Virus record (IMG/VR): IMGVR_UViG_3300031772_000001
Coordinates: 103,661-167,660 of that record
Length of the DNA: 64,000 nucleotides
Reading direction: 5' to 3' (one strand)
Source of the DNA: a virus
In this document: positions 29,901-40,081 of the stretch, piece after piece
How positions within the stretch are numbered: the first letter of the stretch is position 1
Layout of the letters: the number at the start of each line of letters is the position of its first letter
Program-made: the position numbers and the translations under genes
The notes under the pieces: generated by a model
What the model saw: the letters and a program-made list of their open reading frames with translations, nothing else
Told to the model about the DNA's origin: nothing
Database searches by the model: none

Positions 29901-31373
29901 TCACACGGAGTAGGTCATCCTTCTTATTGCAAAAGAACTAAAGTCAAGCTGCATATTGGAGTTTATCTTAACACCGATAGCTAAGTCTGTTGGTGAATTA
30001 ACAAAATCTCGTGAAAAATGTAAAGAATTTCTTGAGGCTGGCATAATCCACGACTGAATAACAGCAGAAGACACATTCAATACCTGCAAAACCCAAGTAT
30101 CTTCACAGGTAAAATCACCTTCAAGTCTATACGTCTCTACCCACGCCGGAAAAGTATGTGACTGTATATAGTCAACCAAAGGATTCCCAGGTGTGAAACT
30201 CATTGCTGCACTTTGGTCATTTCCAACAAACACAGCACTACCACTCTTGTTTACTAAATGAAAAACTTCAGGTGGAGTACAGTTGTAATCAAAGAAATTC
30301 ACCTGTTCATAAAGCTGCCCACAGACATCTATTTCCTGTTTAATAACAGTAGCAACTATACCACAATTAGAACCCGTAGGTTTTACTACGTGTATACCAT
30401 CAGAAATAATCACAAAATCAGATACAGAAATACTTATCGTGGATGGAGGAGGAGTAACCCCCTTAGATACCTGAAGATTCTCAGAAACACTAACACCGTC
30501 CGAAATATCACACCCCAAACTCATGCCAACTTCTGCAATATTTGACCAACCAGACTCCAATAAAGAAGAGATTATTTGGGCTTTTACTCTGTAGTAGTAA
30601 ACCCCTACAGACGGAACCATGTCAAGAAAGGTCAACAAAGGTCCAGTATAAACATCAATTGACGTACCAAACAAAGGATCGTCTGATCTTTGAAGCACGT
30701 ACTGATCTGACCCTAAAGAAACACCCCAATCAACCTGAATACCAAGAGGGGACACCTGCACGGCAGTCAATCCCACAGGTATAGGAACCGAATAATCCTC
30801 TGTGTAAATCGAAGGTGGAGATGCTGCGTTTGAATAAGCAACAGACAAACCAAGACTAACAAAATTTGTCAAAGAATTAAGACGAGTAGAGTCCCAATCC
30901 AAAACTGTAACTACAGGAGAATCTACTTTAACATCAATATACCTCAATAACTTCAAAGACTTTGGCAATGAATTTGACAACACAAGAACCCGAACTGCAT
31001 CAAACTCGTTCAAGTAAACACTAACACTACCTACATTAAGATACAAAACCCTTGTAAAGTGGACTATAGAATCAGACCCTATATTTGGCTCAATCTCAAA
31101 TAATATCAAAACCTTATTTACATTAACACACCATACCCAAAAACGATCACTGTAAAATGTCCCATTACTTTGTAAAGCAGGTGAAACAGTAAAATTAAGT
31201 AGGGAAAATCTAAGAGACGAAACATAATCTGTGTAATACTCTTTTATCAGCAGCTTCCCGTAAGACTGCATGACAGTCCACAGAGATCCCTTAACAGAGA
31301 TCCCTTGAGGTATGGACTCAGTGCCATACCCATTTACAAAAAGTTCTTGCTTATCGGTTACAGGTAGCGACAT
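29901..31373 (-). CDS. virion protein with fibronectin-III domain
   Basis: PVGLTA..IQVDW..YVLQRS..FLD..YYYRVKA..SGWSN. Also carries SD.VSVSE-type units. Confidence 0.7.
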   Translation of the reverse strand: MSLPVTDKQELFVNGYGTESIPQGISVKGSLWTVMQSYGKLLIKEYYTDYVSSLRFSLLNFTVSPALQSNGTFYSDRFWVWCVNVNKVLILFEIEPNIGSDSIVHFTRVLYLNVGSVSVYLNEFDAVRVLVLSNSLPKSLKLLRYIDVKVDSPVVTVLDWDSTRLNSLTNFVSLGLSVAYSNAASPPSIYTEDYSVPIPVGLTAVQVSPLGIQVDWGVSLGSDQYVLQRSDDPLFGTSIDVYTGPLLTFLDMVPSVGVYYYRVKAQIISSLLESGWSNIAEVGMSLGCDISDGVSVSENLQVSKGVTPPPSTISISVSDFVIISDGIHVVKPTGSNCGIVATVIKQEIDVCGQLYEQVNFFDYNCTPPEVFHLVNKSGSAVFVGNDQSAAMSFTPGNPLVDYIQSHTFPAWVETYRLEGDFTCEDTWVLQVLNVSSAVIQSWIMPASRNSLHFSRDFVNSPTDLAIGVKINSNMQLDFSSFAIRRMTYSV

Positions 31374-31375
31374 AT

Positions 31376-31585
31376 TCAGAACTGACCCATCCTGAGTTTT
31401 ACAATATACTCAATACCAAGATTTTCACATATACCATCATCCAAAGCCTCTGATACCTTGAGAAGATTGGTCAGTGCAGTAAATGTATCTTCCTTCACAA
31501 TAGGATCTTTCAATACCTGAACTTTAAGCTGTGCAGTCAGATACTCTTGACGTGCAATCAAAGAAACAATGTCTTCCGTGGTCAT
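31376..31585 (-). CDS. hypothetical protein
   Basis: Likely start MTTEDI at 31585 after SD AGGAG. The longer track ORF overlaps the upstream gene. Confidence 0.6.
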   Translation of the reverse strand: MTTEDIVSLIARQEYLTAQLKVQVLKDPIVKEDTFTALTNLLKVSEALDDGICENLGIEYIVKLRMGQF

Positions 31586-31593
31586 AGTATCTC

Positions 31594-34500
31594 CTAAGCA
31601 AAAAGTGAATAAGTATAAGTTAAAGTCAAGTTCTTGTTTGCGTCCGCTGCTGCAAAGATAAATACTCCGTTGGAACCGAAAGAATATTCGCCAGTTCCCG
31701 GTGTAATGACGGCAATACGCCATACGGGTCCAAAAGCGTATCCTCCGTTCTTGAAATCTATTGGGGTATGTGCCATTGCGTCTGCATAAGTCGCAGCTAA
31801 CTTAATATGTGTAGTATCTACATTGATTGCATAATAAATACCGCCATCGACTAACGGAGTAGGAAACATGAAATACGGTCGATTAGTTTCTGAATGGTAC
31901 AACTTCACAGGTGTACCGTCAGCGATATTCAAACCACACGCTATCGTATCGTTAGGTAAATCAGACACGGACCACGTTGATGTGATTGTCGGGGTATAAG
32001 AAGTATATGCCGTTACACCCTCCATAACTTTCACAACCATCGGGTCGGGGTCAGTAGCTCGAAAATCTGGATCGGTAGTCTCCGTTACGTGCTTGACATA
32101 GGGAGTCGCGGCAGGAATCTGAAATGCAATAGCATTTGCAACATCTACAGGAACATGGTAATTCTTAGCTGCAACACTCATTGTTTGCAGATTATCCTTG
32201 ATCTTATTGGGACCGTGAACCCAAGTGAACCTATCGCCCAAAACGAACTGTTGATCCCACGGCTTGCCCGTTGCGTTGTTGAATGCAACACTTACACCCT
32301 GAAGAAGTGCAGTCGTACCTGTCTTTGGAATCGGACGGTCGCCAGTATTGTCCTTAATCCAAGCAGAACCGCTCCACCCAAACGGTGTTGGATAGCCGAG
32401 TTCTGCATTATAGTGCATCGAGTTAAAGTGAGCAATAGGGACGATAACTCCGTTTCCAAGGTCTACAGTGTTGCGGAATGCGTGTGCCCACCAGTTAGTC
32501 GTACCCCCATAAGGCCAACCCATGTATTGATATGCCTGAGACCAACTGGAAAAAGATGCGTCTATTATTAACGATCTATGTGATCCTCCTATAACATAAG
32601 TTTGCCCATAAAACGTACCGCCTCCACCACTATGTCGAACAAGGAATTTGAATATTTTATCAGATAACTGAACTACATATCCTTCGTAATAAGCAGTAAC
32701 ACCTTCTAAATACCAAGCATCCTCTGTGGTTATATTTCCAGTACCAACTCCAGTAACTACAACAGTGTATCTATTAAGGTTATGTGCTGAAACATCGACA
32801 ATTTCATTTGTACCTTTTCGCAGACAAGTTCCTCTTGCTGAACCATCGTAGGCTCCACCAAAAGAGCACCATCCTATACTATTCCCGTCGTGAACTTCAT
32901 CTTGCAGCACCCAAGCCTTCTCGCCATCCGTAAAATATTGATCCCCGGCACGAAGTTGACAACCTCCACGTATAACACGGCCATTGTACGCTTCCAACTG
33001 ACCTGTAGCAATATGCGCTCTTCCAGCGGACATCCCTTCCAATTTCTCACCCACACCAGTAATGTACTGAGTTGCCGTAGACGCACCAAGATCAATCTTA
33101 CTCAGACCTGTTGTATGACCAGACCATAGATACCCTGAAATTGGGTCATACGCTAAATCATAAATTGGATTAGATAAGATATTAGTAATTGTCAAGAGTG
33201 ACGGTGCAACAGTGGGAGTAAGGGTATTATACAGGTACAACCCGTCTGATGTCGCTATGTAGACATTAGTACCAACCTTGACCATCCGATATGCTTTTGT
33301 TCCCGTAGTACCAAACTTACACAACGCCTCAGAAGTCTCAATGGTCCAGAAACGCCAACGGCACACGTTCTGCAATTCCGTGGATCGGCTCTTCTGAATA
33401 GAATAGATAAAGTCCCCTACCTGAACTTGATCCTCTATCATGTTGTCTGTTCTCGCCGTCGCTTGATCCTCGGCTATGCTCTCCTGATTATCATGGGCTT
33501 GCATCTTGCCATCGACGTCTACGCCCATAGACAACTGCCATACCGGATAACCTCTCCATGAACCTGCACTATATATGTAAGACCACGGCTCAAGTTCAAG
33601 AGAGAATCGTCCCGTGTTCCATCTAATAACTGTATGTATACCAGTACCAACATCATTAAGTGTAATTGGAGTACCGCCTTGAACAGACGACACTTTCATG
33701 CTTGTTCCGCTCTTATAAACAATGTGATAGCTAGTATCAGGGAGCAACGGATCAGGAAGAGTAATTGTGGAAGTGAACCGAACAAGTTCATCCACTAAAT
33801 GCCCTTGACTACTATCTGTAACAATAGTATCCGTAGGAGGACCAGATACAGTGAATGTATCATCAATAATATCTGAAGCATCCCCTGTTTTTGTAATCCG
33901 CACACGCCCGATAATAGGATGTTTATTGGTAGGTGTTCCAGATAAAGCAATCGTCCCTTGAGACGACGGTGTGTGACCGGGATCACTAAAAATCTGGTCC
34001 ATATAACCAGAAGGATGTGCAAATACACGAGATATAGCGGGTCCAAAATCAGAAGGGGTAGAATATCCAATAGTAACAGCTATATCTTGAGGATTGCTAC
34101 CGCGCATCGGAAAGCCAAAAACGAAAACACCCATTGGACCAACCAACTCGGTAGTAGCATAGTCCCTTACCCATTTATGACCATAACAAGGACCAGACCA
34201 CTGAATGCTGGCTGCTATATCTAATTCCCAAATATGCCTCATCACATTATTCAGCGTGGTTGGTGGATTAAACGGGCTTATCCCTTGGACATTACTATTA
34301 AGTCCAAAAACTCGGTGCGCATAATACATCAAATTCTGTGTAATCTTACGTTGGATATAGTGATTGTTAGGTGAATTGTACCCTCCAGCGGTAAAACTAT
34401 AAAAGATCGTATACTTGACGAATAGATATTGATTGATCTGCTGCGTGATAGGTACTGACAACTCAATAAAAGAGGCATAATCATAAGGATAATCTGAACC

Positions 34501-34860
34501 AGCATAAAAATTCGATCCTATAACTCTGATAGTGCGAGGAGCACCCGGAGGGGCAAACAAATACTGTACATAAGCACTATTCAAGATAGGGTCAGTTATT
34601 AGGCTAAGAGATGTTGACCTTCCACTCGATAGAGTAGTGATGCGCTGCCAAGGAGAATATCTTTGGCGAAAGTCCTCTGCTGGAACTGTAGATCCCGACA
34701 GCGTTATCTCTCTTGAAAAACCACTAAACAGACCAGTACCTTCCCAACATCCAAACACCAATGGCATCTGATCCGTTGAAGTATTCCACTGTGACCCTTC
34801 AGACACAACTTTGTCATTCTCGATCAATTTCCATTCATACAGACCTTTGTTCTTGAACAT
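31594..34860 (-). CDS. large tail-associated / fibre-like protein
   Basis: 1088 aa, beta-rich. Two copies of a phage tail domain (LPDPLLPDTSYHIV; FPTPLVDGGIYYAI..IKLA) and a propeller-like segment (IATSDGL, LWSGHTTGLS). Confidence 0.65.
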   Translation of the reverse strand: MFKNKGLYEWKLIENDKVVSEGSQWNTSTDQMPLVFGCWEGTGLFSGFSREITLSGSTVPAEDFRQRYSPWQRITTLSSGRSTSLSLITDPILNSAYVQYLFAPPGAPRTIRVIGSNFYAGSDYPYDYASFIELSVPITQQINQYLFVKYTIFYSFTAGGYNSPNNHYIQRKITQNLMYYAHRVFGLNSNVQGISPFNPPTTLNNVMRHIWELDIAASIQWSGPCYGHKWVRDYATTELVGPMGVFVFGFPMRGSNPQDIAVTIGYSTPSDFGPAISRVFAHPSGYMDQIFSDPGHTPSSQGTIALSGTPTNKHPIIGRVRITKTGDASDIIDDTFTVSGPPTDTIVTDSSQGHLVDELVRFTSTITLPDPLLPDTSYHIVYKSGTSMKVSSVQGGTPITLNDVGTGIHTVIRWNTGRFSLELEPWSYIYSAGSWRGYPVWQLSMGVDVDGKMQAHDNQESIAEDQATARTDNMIEDQVQVGDFIYSIQKSRSTELQNVCRWRFWTIETSEALCKFGTTGTKAYRMVKVGTNVYIATSDGLYLYNTLTPTVAPSLLTITNILSNPIYDLAYDPISGYLWSGHTTGLSKIDLGASTATQYITGVGEKLEGMSAGRAHIATGQLEAYNGRVIRGGCQLRAGDQYFTDGEKAWVLQDEVHDGNSIGWCSFGGAYDGSARGTCLRKGTNEIVDVSAHNLNRYTVVVTGVGTGNITTEDAWYLEGVTAYYEGYVVQLSDKIFKFLVRHSGGGGTFYGQTYVIGGSHRSLIIDASFSSWSQAYQYMGWPYGGTTNWWAHAFRNTVDLGNGVIVPIAHFNSMHYNAELGYPTPFGWSGSAWIKDNTGDRPIPKTGTTALLQGVSVAFNNATGKPWDQQFVLGDRFTWVHGPNKIKDNLQTMSVAAKNYHVPVDVANAIAFQIPAATPYVKHVTETTDPDFRATDPDPMVVKVMEGVTAYTSYTPTITSTWSVSDLPNDTIACGLNIADGTPVKLYHSETNRPYFMFPTPLVDGGIYYAINVDTTHIKLAATYADAMAHTPIDFKNGGYAFGPVWRIAVITPGTGEYSFGSNGVFIFAAADANKNLTLTYTYSLFA

Positions 34861-34870
34861 GACAAGCTCC

Positions 34871-36622
34871 TTACGATATATTTACAGTAGTCATAATAGC
34901 ACTATACCCAGCGCCTACCTGAAATGCAGGAATAATATCTTGCTCAAAATCCCTGGACTCTTCGTATTCAAAAGTTTTTGTTATCTGTCCAAAAGATCCT
35001 GTCCCTACTTCAAATAAAACAGCATCTTGTTCAAAATCCCTGGACTCTTCGTACTCGAAGGTCTTGATTATTTGCCCTAACTTCGCACTTGAAGCCTCAA
35101 AATTAACTGGCTCAGTAAGTATCTGTATATTCTCAGTATTCCCGATAGTCTCTTGATACTCAAAAGGATCAAATATCAAAACCTGTTTGTAATTGGCAGG
35201 CGGGGTAAAGTATTCTCCACCCATCAAAGACGAGAAACATCTTACCCTGAGATACTTTAGACCAAGAGTTCCTGTCCATTTATGCCATCTATCATAAGTG
35301 TCATTGTCACTTATAACAACAGAATCTTCAACTACAAAATTACCACCACTTAAATGACCTATCTCTATGGTGTAGGGATAATGAAGATACTGAAGATAAC
35401 TACCCGTCAAATAGGGAATGTAGATGTAAGGATTAAATACTGGCAAACCACCTAATGAAATTACTTCTATAGTCGAAATATTGTCTGAAACCAAAATCTG
35501 TAAATATAAAGATAATATAGATTCGCTTAATAACTCACTTACAGAAATATTGTCTGAAACCAAAATCTGTAAATATAAAGATAATATAGATTCGCTTAAT
35601 AACTCACTTACAGAAATATTGTCTGAAATGTTAATAGATAAGTCTGAAGAAACTACTTCCTCAGATCCAGAGGAAGAGAACGTAGCAGGATCATTTTGGT
35701 TGGCGTACTCGGTGGCTATCCAATTCGCATTTAATAAGCTAGAATTTATTCTAGCTTCGTCGATATATCCCCTAAATGTTTGAGGGTATCCTGGAGCTTT
35801 ACCAATCAAAAGATCATAGACATTGGATACAGGAATCACTGTCTCAGTCATAGTCTCTCTAGCGATACCATCTACGTATAGTCTCATGGTACTTGAGTCC
35901 CAAGTACCTACTACATAATGCCAGTTACCGTCTCCTATATTATTGGCTCCAACCAAGGAATCGTAGCCACTAGCATTTGCTAATTCAAGATTAAGATTAC
36001 CTATTGCATCAAAGGTGTAACCATTGCGATCTATCCCGTAGTTACCCTTTCCAAAAATTACACTATGATGACCTGCCTGTGTACCTTTGACCCAGGCACT
36101 AAGACTACCTACAGTAGTTAAATTCAGATTGGCATGAGTTCCGACCTGTAAATAATCAAGGTTACTATCGTTGAACACATAAGCATTGCCTATCTTGCCA
36201 GTAGCGGGTGCTGGAGAGCCTGAAGCAATAGAAGCATCACAACCATTTCCTGAAGAGTCCGTAAGACCGTTAAGATGATATGCTGCCTCAGTATGAACAT
36301 CTGACCACACCGCCGTACTATTAGCTACAGTCGGTCCACCGTACTGACACCAGATCTCTTTATTCACAGACGTACCGAGTGAAGGTATCTGTACCCATGC
36401 CTCCACCTTACTCGTACCTGCTGAATATAGTACAACCTCACGTTTGAGTTCGGTCACACCATTGGTATCAAAGAATCTAATATCAAGACCTGTTACGGTA
36501 TCGGTCACATGCGTCCAGAATCCAGCAGGGATAGAGGAGCAAAGTTCAGAGAACAAATACACAAAATTTGTATTTGTACCAGTGACTTTGGTTTTATCTA
36601 TTGTGATCTTGAACTTGTACAT
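34871..36622 (-). CDS. DUF2341 plus LamG/concanavalin-like virion protein
   Basis: DIRFFD..AWVQIP..YG (DUF2341). LSAWVK..WHYVVGTWD..LYVDG..FRGYIDEARI..WIATEYANQ (LamG). Confidence 0.85.
   Translation of the reverse strand: MYKFKITIDKTKVTGTNTNFVYLFSELCSSIPAGFWTHVTDTVTGLDIRFFDTNGVTELKREVVLYSAGTSKVEAWVQIPSLGTSVNKEIWCQYGGPTVANSTAVWSDVHTEAAYHLNGLTDSSGNGCDASIASGSPAPATGKIGNAYVFNDSNLDYLQVGTHANLNLTTVGSLSAWVKGTQAGHHSVIFGKGNYGIDRNGYTFDAIGNLNLELANASGYDSLVGANNIGDGNWHYVVGTWDSSTMRLYVDGIARETMTETVIPVSNVYDLLIGKAPGYPQTFRGYIDEARINSSLLNANWIATEYANQNDPATFSSSGSEEVVSSDLSINISDNISVSELLSESILSLYLQILVSDNISVSELLSESILSLYLQILVSDNISTIEVISLGGLPVFNPYIYIPYLTGSYLQYLHYPYTIEIGHLSGGNFVVEDSVVISDNDTYDRWHKWTGTLGLKYLRVRCFSSLMGGEYFTPPANYKQVLIFDPFEYQETIGNTENIQILTEPVNFEASSAKLGQIIKTFEYEESRDFEQDAVLFEVGTGSFGQITKTFEYEESRDFEQDIIPAFQVGAGYSAIMTTVNIS
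34940..35059. repeat. 87-bp-period coding direct repeat (FEYEESRDFEQD x2)
   Basis: TCAAAATCCCTGGACTCTTCGTA at about 34944 and 35031. Confidence 0.85.
35475..35628. repeat. 69-bp perfect tandem repeat, about 2.2 copies, coding
   Basis: Units start at 35475, 35544 and 35613. Encodes SDNISVSELLSESILSLYLQILV. Confidence 0.9.
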
Positions 36623-36625
36623 AAA

Positions 36626-37384
36626 CTACACCTGAAAACTAAGCCCTGTAACACTTAATGGAAATAATTCAGCGTCAGATACAGTCTGGTCTGCAAAATC
36701 CCCTGCACCGGCAATAAACTGTACAGACGTTTGAGGATCGCGGTTGAAATGAATTATGTTTGGATCTTGAATAAATGTATTAGGTATGTATCTCCAAGAC
36801 AATTCATCAGATGGGTTAAATATACGTAAATAAACTGTACTATCCTTCTTATATTGAAGATAAATCTTATCACCTATCTGATCATAAAACGCTCTTGGCT
36901 GATCACCAGTATTTACAAGATATTCTTTATCTTCCCAATACCACACAGGACCAACTAATATCTGTTTCTGAGCATATATGTAAAGCCCTGTCTTTTCAAA
37001 CTCCTCTAATCGAGTAATTGCAGTGTGCCCCACATATACAAAAGCAAGAACTATAGACGCTGCTATAGTTGTCATATCCCAGGTATCTGTAATAACAACA
37101 TTACCTACTGAATCAACATACACAATGTCAAAAGAGTCTAGTGCAACAGAGGCAGATACAGCACCCCAAGTAATAACACTACCATTCAATGTACCACTAC
37201 CAGCCTCTACACTCACCGTAAATGGTAAAGTAAATGTCACACGGGAGTCACTTGTCCTACCAGATGTAAACTGCTTGGTATAGAAAACAAATTTCTGCCC
37301 AAATGGAGCAACTACCAAAGACGGAAAACTTGCAGGTCTCCCATCATCAGTTTCGACAGTGAGTTTAGTTGTCAGCTTGTTCAT
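36626..37384 (-). CDS. hypothetical virion structural protein
   Basis: Beta-rich ORF. Likely start ATG 37384, coupled to the upstream stop (TAGTATG). Confidence 0.65.
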   Translation of the reverse strand: MNKLTTKLTVETDDGRPASFPSLVVAPFGQKFVFYTKQFTSGRTSDSRVTFTLPFTVSVEAGSGTLNGSVITWGAVSASVALDSFDIVYVDSVGNVVITDTWDMTTIAASIVLAFVYVGHTAITRLEEFEKTGLYIYAQKQILVGPVWYWEDKEYLVNTGDQPRAFYDQIGDKIYLQYKKDSTVYLRIFNPSDELSWRYIPNTFIQDPNIIHFNRDPQTSVQFIAGAGDFADQTVSDAELFPLSVTGLSFQV

Positions 37385-37385
37385 A

Positions 37386-38084
37386 CTACAAAACCAGTGT
37401 GGGTTGAGCACAGTTGATAGGAAAGAATAACCATGCCCTTGCCATCATATCCACAGTACATCTTAGTATTCTATTTGACTCAGAAGGTTCTAAATCACTA
37501 TTATCAGACATACCCTCAAGCCGTAGAGGTATTATCTTATCTCCCCACCCACTACCTATAGTGACCGTCCTAAAAAGCTCATTATGGGCATTTCCATAGT
37601 CTGCCATCTGTGAAAAAAGCCACTCCCAAATATACGCTTCTGAGAACTTCCTCTTATACCAAAAATCAAGTTGATAAGGGATATTTATTGGAAGAGGAGT
37701 TCTCGTAGATCGTGCTAATCTTCTGTCAGCACTGTATGTAAGAGCACGTATTCCTGCTCTAATAAACCGAGTCTCATCAATCGTAGGTGTCTGCCGGTAT
37801 ATTGAGACAAAAGGAAGTGGTATTCTTTTCCAAGTCTCTACTGCGTTCTCATCAGTACCATCACCAATACCAGGATTATTAGGATCAAGCCAACCCTTCC
37901 TTACAAGCATCTGTTCCATCTCAGCAACAGCACGGTGCGGAGTTGAATAACACCTCAAAATACCAAAATTTCGACGCGGCGTACCTGCAATATCTCCATA
38001 ATTGACTTTTAGAGTATCAAGCCAATCATAGATCATTGAATCATAACGCCTTAGCTCGTTTCCTAAAGTTTGAGGAGACGCCAT
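37386..38084 (-). CDS. tail terminator / sheath stabiliser (T4 gp15-like)
   Basis: IPLPFVSIYR, PLPINIPYQLDFW, DNSDLE..RILR..ARAWLF motifs. Confidence 0.8.
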   Translation of the reverse strand: MASPQTLGNELRRYDSMIYDWLDTLKVNYGDIAGTPRRNFGILRCYSTPHRAVAEMEQMLVRKGWLDPNNPGIGDGTDENAVETWKRIPLPFVSIYRQTPTIDETRFIRAGIRALTYSADRRLARSTRTPLPINIPYQLDFWYKRKFSEAYIWEWLFSQMADYGNAHNELFRTVTIGSGWGDKIIPLRLEGMSDNSDLEPSESNRILRCTVDMMARAWLFFPINCAQPTLVL

Positions 38085-38090
38085 AGCAAC

Positions 38091-38178
38091 CACCACGCGA
38101 AGCTCTTTCGAGCTTTATCACCCACAAAGGAAACACTACGCGAAGCTCTTTAGAGCTTATCTGTTAGGCTTTCGCCTA
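38091..38178 (-). repeat. tandem hairpin repeat in the leader of the tail operon
   Basis: Two 28-29-nt copies (43-nt period) of GATAA(A)GCTC-NAAA-GAGCTTCGCGTRGTG, plus TAGGC-GAAA-GCCTA. Confidence 0.8.
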
Positions 38179-38224
38179 TATTATGAAGCCATTACTGACT
38201 TTATAGACTCACTCTTCTATCTAC

Positions 38225-38683
38225 TCATCTCTCTCCACTTTGTTTTTTCTTGTAATTATCTTTCAACAAACTTAATTCAAAATTTGTTAAATCTTTTTTA
38301 TTGTGAAAGATTCTCATATCATAAAAATCACTGCCATCTTTATGTTTCTGTACCCCGTCATGGAAATTAACTACATATTTAGCACTTTTCCCAATTCCGT
38401 ATTGGATATAATAAACCTTTCCTGCCTCGGCCTCTCTCAACTTCTTCGGCTTACCTATCCCATCATTCCAATTTCCGGCAATCATATTCAACCACATAAT
38501 CACATCACCAATCTGCTCTGCCTTATCTAAAGACATCACAGCATTATTCTTTGTAGCATCATCAACATTGTATTTCCAAAAAGCATCAGGATCGTCTACC
38601 TTGTTGTAATCCATTGCTTTTGGAGGATACCGAGACTCATCAAGATGATTTTTTTTGACGTACATCTCCTGAAGTAGACTCAT
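38225..38683 (-). CDS. putative internal head protein
   Basis: Starts MSLLQEMY. Contains LDES and LREA Glu sites. Confidence 0.65.
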   Translation of the reverse strand: MSLLQEMYVKKNHLDESRYPPKAMDYNKVDDPDAFWKYNVDDATKNNAVMSLDKAEQIGDVIMWLNMIAGNWNDGIGKPKKLREAEAGKVYYIQYGIGKSAKYVVNFHDGVQKHKDGSDFYDMRIFHNKKDLTNFELSLLKDNYKKKQSGER

Positions 38684-39060
38684 GCCGCACTCTCCTTACT
38701 GATTTCTTCTATGTATTGGTTAATCTTCTTTGCCGCGTCATCCAAACTCTTTACTCGTGTCTTTCGGAATTTCTTCTTTACGGTATATGCCTTCTTAAAC
38801 TGATCTATAGAACCGTTTCTCCCTATGTCAAAATGCATGTAACGAGAATTCTCCATAATATCATACTTCCACGTATCTTTAGGATCTAAAGAAACCCTGA
38901 GTAATATCGAAGCACGCTCGTCACCACCCAAAGTAGACAGGTAGGCATACTTATATGGTGCCTTAATTGACTCTTTGAACTTCTCAACATCAACCGTACC
39001 AGCATCAAATATAGATTGAGGCTGTGCTACATCTTCGTAAATATCTTGAAGCAAACTCAT
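38680..39060 (-). CDS. putative internal head protein
   Basis: Starts MSLLQDIYE. Confidence 0.65.
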   Translation of the reverse strand: MSLLQDIYEDVAQPQSIFDAGTVDVEKFKESIKAPYKYAYLSTLGGDERASILLRVSLDPKDTWKYDIMENSRYMHFDIGRNGSIDQFKKAYTVKKKFRKTRVKSLDDAAKKINQYIEEISKESAA

Positions 39061-39061
39061 A

Positions 39062-39511
39062 CTACTTTACCTTCCTGATGTAAAACGGCCTACCAATCTG
39101 AGCAACCTCCCAACCATCCCCCATCTCCTCTGCCTTTTTATAAGCCTGTGATCGGTTACTATAATTGTAGGCAGATAATCCATACTTAGTCATCTTAGCA
39201 AGAACTTCCGTCTTACCATCATTCAAAAACTTAGTCAGAATCTCAGACTCGTGTATCTCTTTACCCTTAGCATCAATCAAAGTTTCATTCCCGTGGTCAC
39301 TTACCATCCAAATATTAGGATAATACTTGTTCTTCTTCTGCCAAACATTAACCGCTTTCAAAGCATCATCAAACTCTTTGTAATGCCCCGTATGTTTACC
39401 ACCACAAGAAACATCATACCCTCCACGAGTCACATCAGAAATAAAACAATCTTCCTCTTCTGACTCTTCTGATTCTACTATATCCTCATACATCTCTTGA
39501 AGCAGGCTCAT
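39062..39511 (-). CDS. putative internal head protein (two small domains)
   Basis: Starts MSLLQEMYE. Internal IHES separates two modules. Confidence 0.65.
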   Translation of the reverse strand: MSLLQEMYEDIVESEESEEEDCFISDVTRGGYDVSCGGKHTGHYKEFDDALKAVNVWQKKNKYYPNIWMVSDHGNETLIDAKGKEIHESEILTKFLNDGKTEVLAKMTKYGLSAYNYSNRSQAYKKAEEMGDGWEVAQIGRPFYIRKVK

Positions 39512-39512
39512 A

Positions 39513-39773
39513 TTATTTTACCTTTTTGATTACTGGTGCCACAACAGGAATAGGCTTACTAGAGGACTTTACTGTATCAATCCTAACAATCAAAGTTGTG
39601 TCTTTGAGAGTTTCCTTGATTTTCAACGTATCATAAATAACAAACTTCAAAGAATCATTTCTTACCTTTGTGATAATTGTGTCGGGTATAATCACCTTTG
39701 AAGAATCAAACCTTGTTATAGCCATAACCGAAAAACAAAAAGCAAGAACCGCTATCCCATGTTTCATAACCAT
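39513..39773 (-). CDS. small exported protein with signal peptide
   Basis: MKHGIAVLAFCFSVMA signal-like N-terminus, SD GGAGG, repeated D-T/S-hydrophobic motifs. Confidence 0.65.
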   Translation of the reverse strand: MVMKHGIAVLAFCFSVMAITRFDSSKVIIPDTIITKVRNDSLKFVIYDTLKIKETLKDTTLIVRIDTVKSSSKPIPVVAPVIKKVK

Positions 39774-39778
39774 ACCTC

Positions 39779-40081
39779 CTATGGCATTCTTTCAACCACA
39801 TGATCTATCTCAGTATTATCAATTAACATTACGTCACCATGCTCAGTCTTAACATTGTACCACAAATCCTGATACACAAGGTCTTTTTCAGTCATTATAC
39901 CTTTCTTAATTCGTAAAGCAGCCTCATCACCAACTACAACATCCAAAACTCTTGCTAACTTTGCCTGATGTTCACTTGGAAGTTTCCCACCAGTAATCAA
40001 ATACTTTGTAGGAGGCATTAAATCAGCAGGAACTTTGATTTTACCAATGGAAGACTCATACATTTTTTGAAACAAGCTCAT
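39779..40081 (-). CDS. putative internal head protein
   Basis: Starts MSLFQKMYES. Confidence 0.65.
   Translation of the reverse strand: MSLFQKMYESSIGKIKVPADLMPPTKYLITGGKLPSEHQAKLARVLDVVVGDEAALRIKKGIMTEKDLVYQDLWYNVKTEHGDVMLIDNTEIDHVVERMP

Noticed and set aside
38091-38161. CRISPR array
   Set aside because: Only two imperfect copies with about 14 nt between them, and no cas genes in the window.
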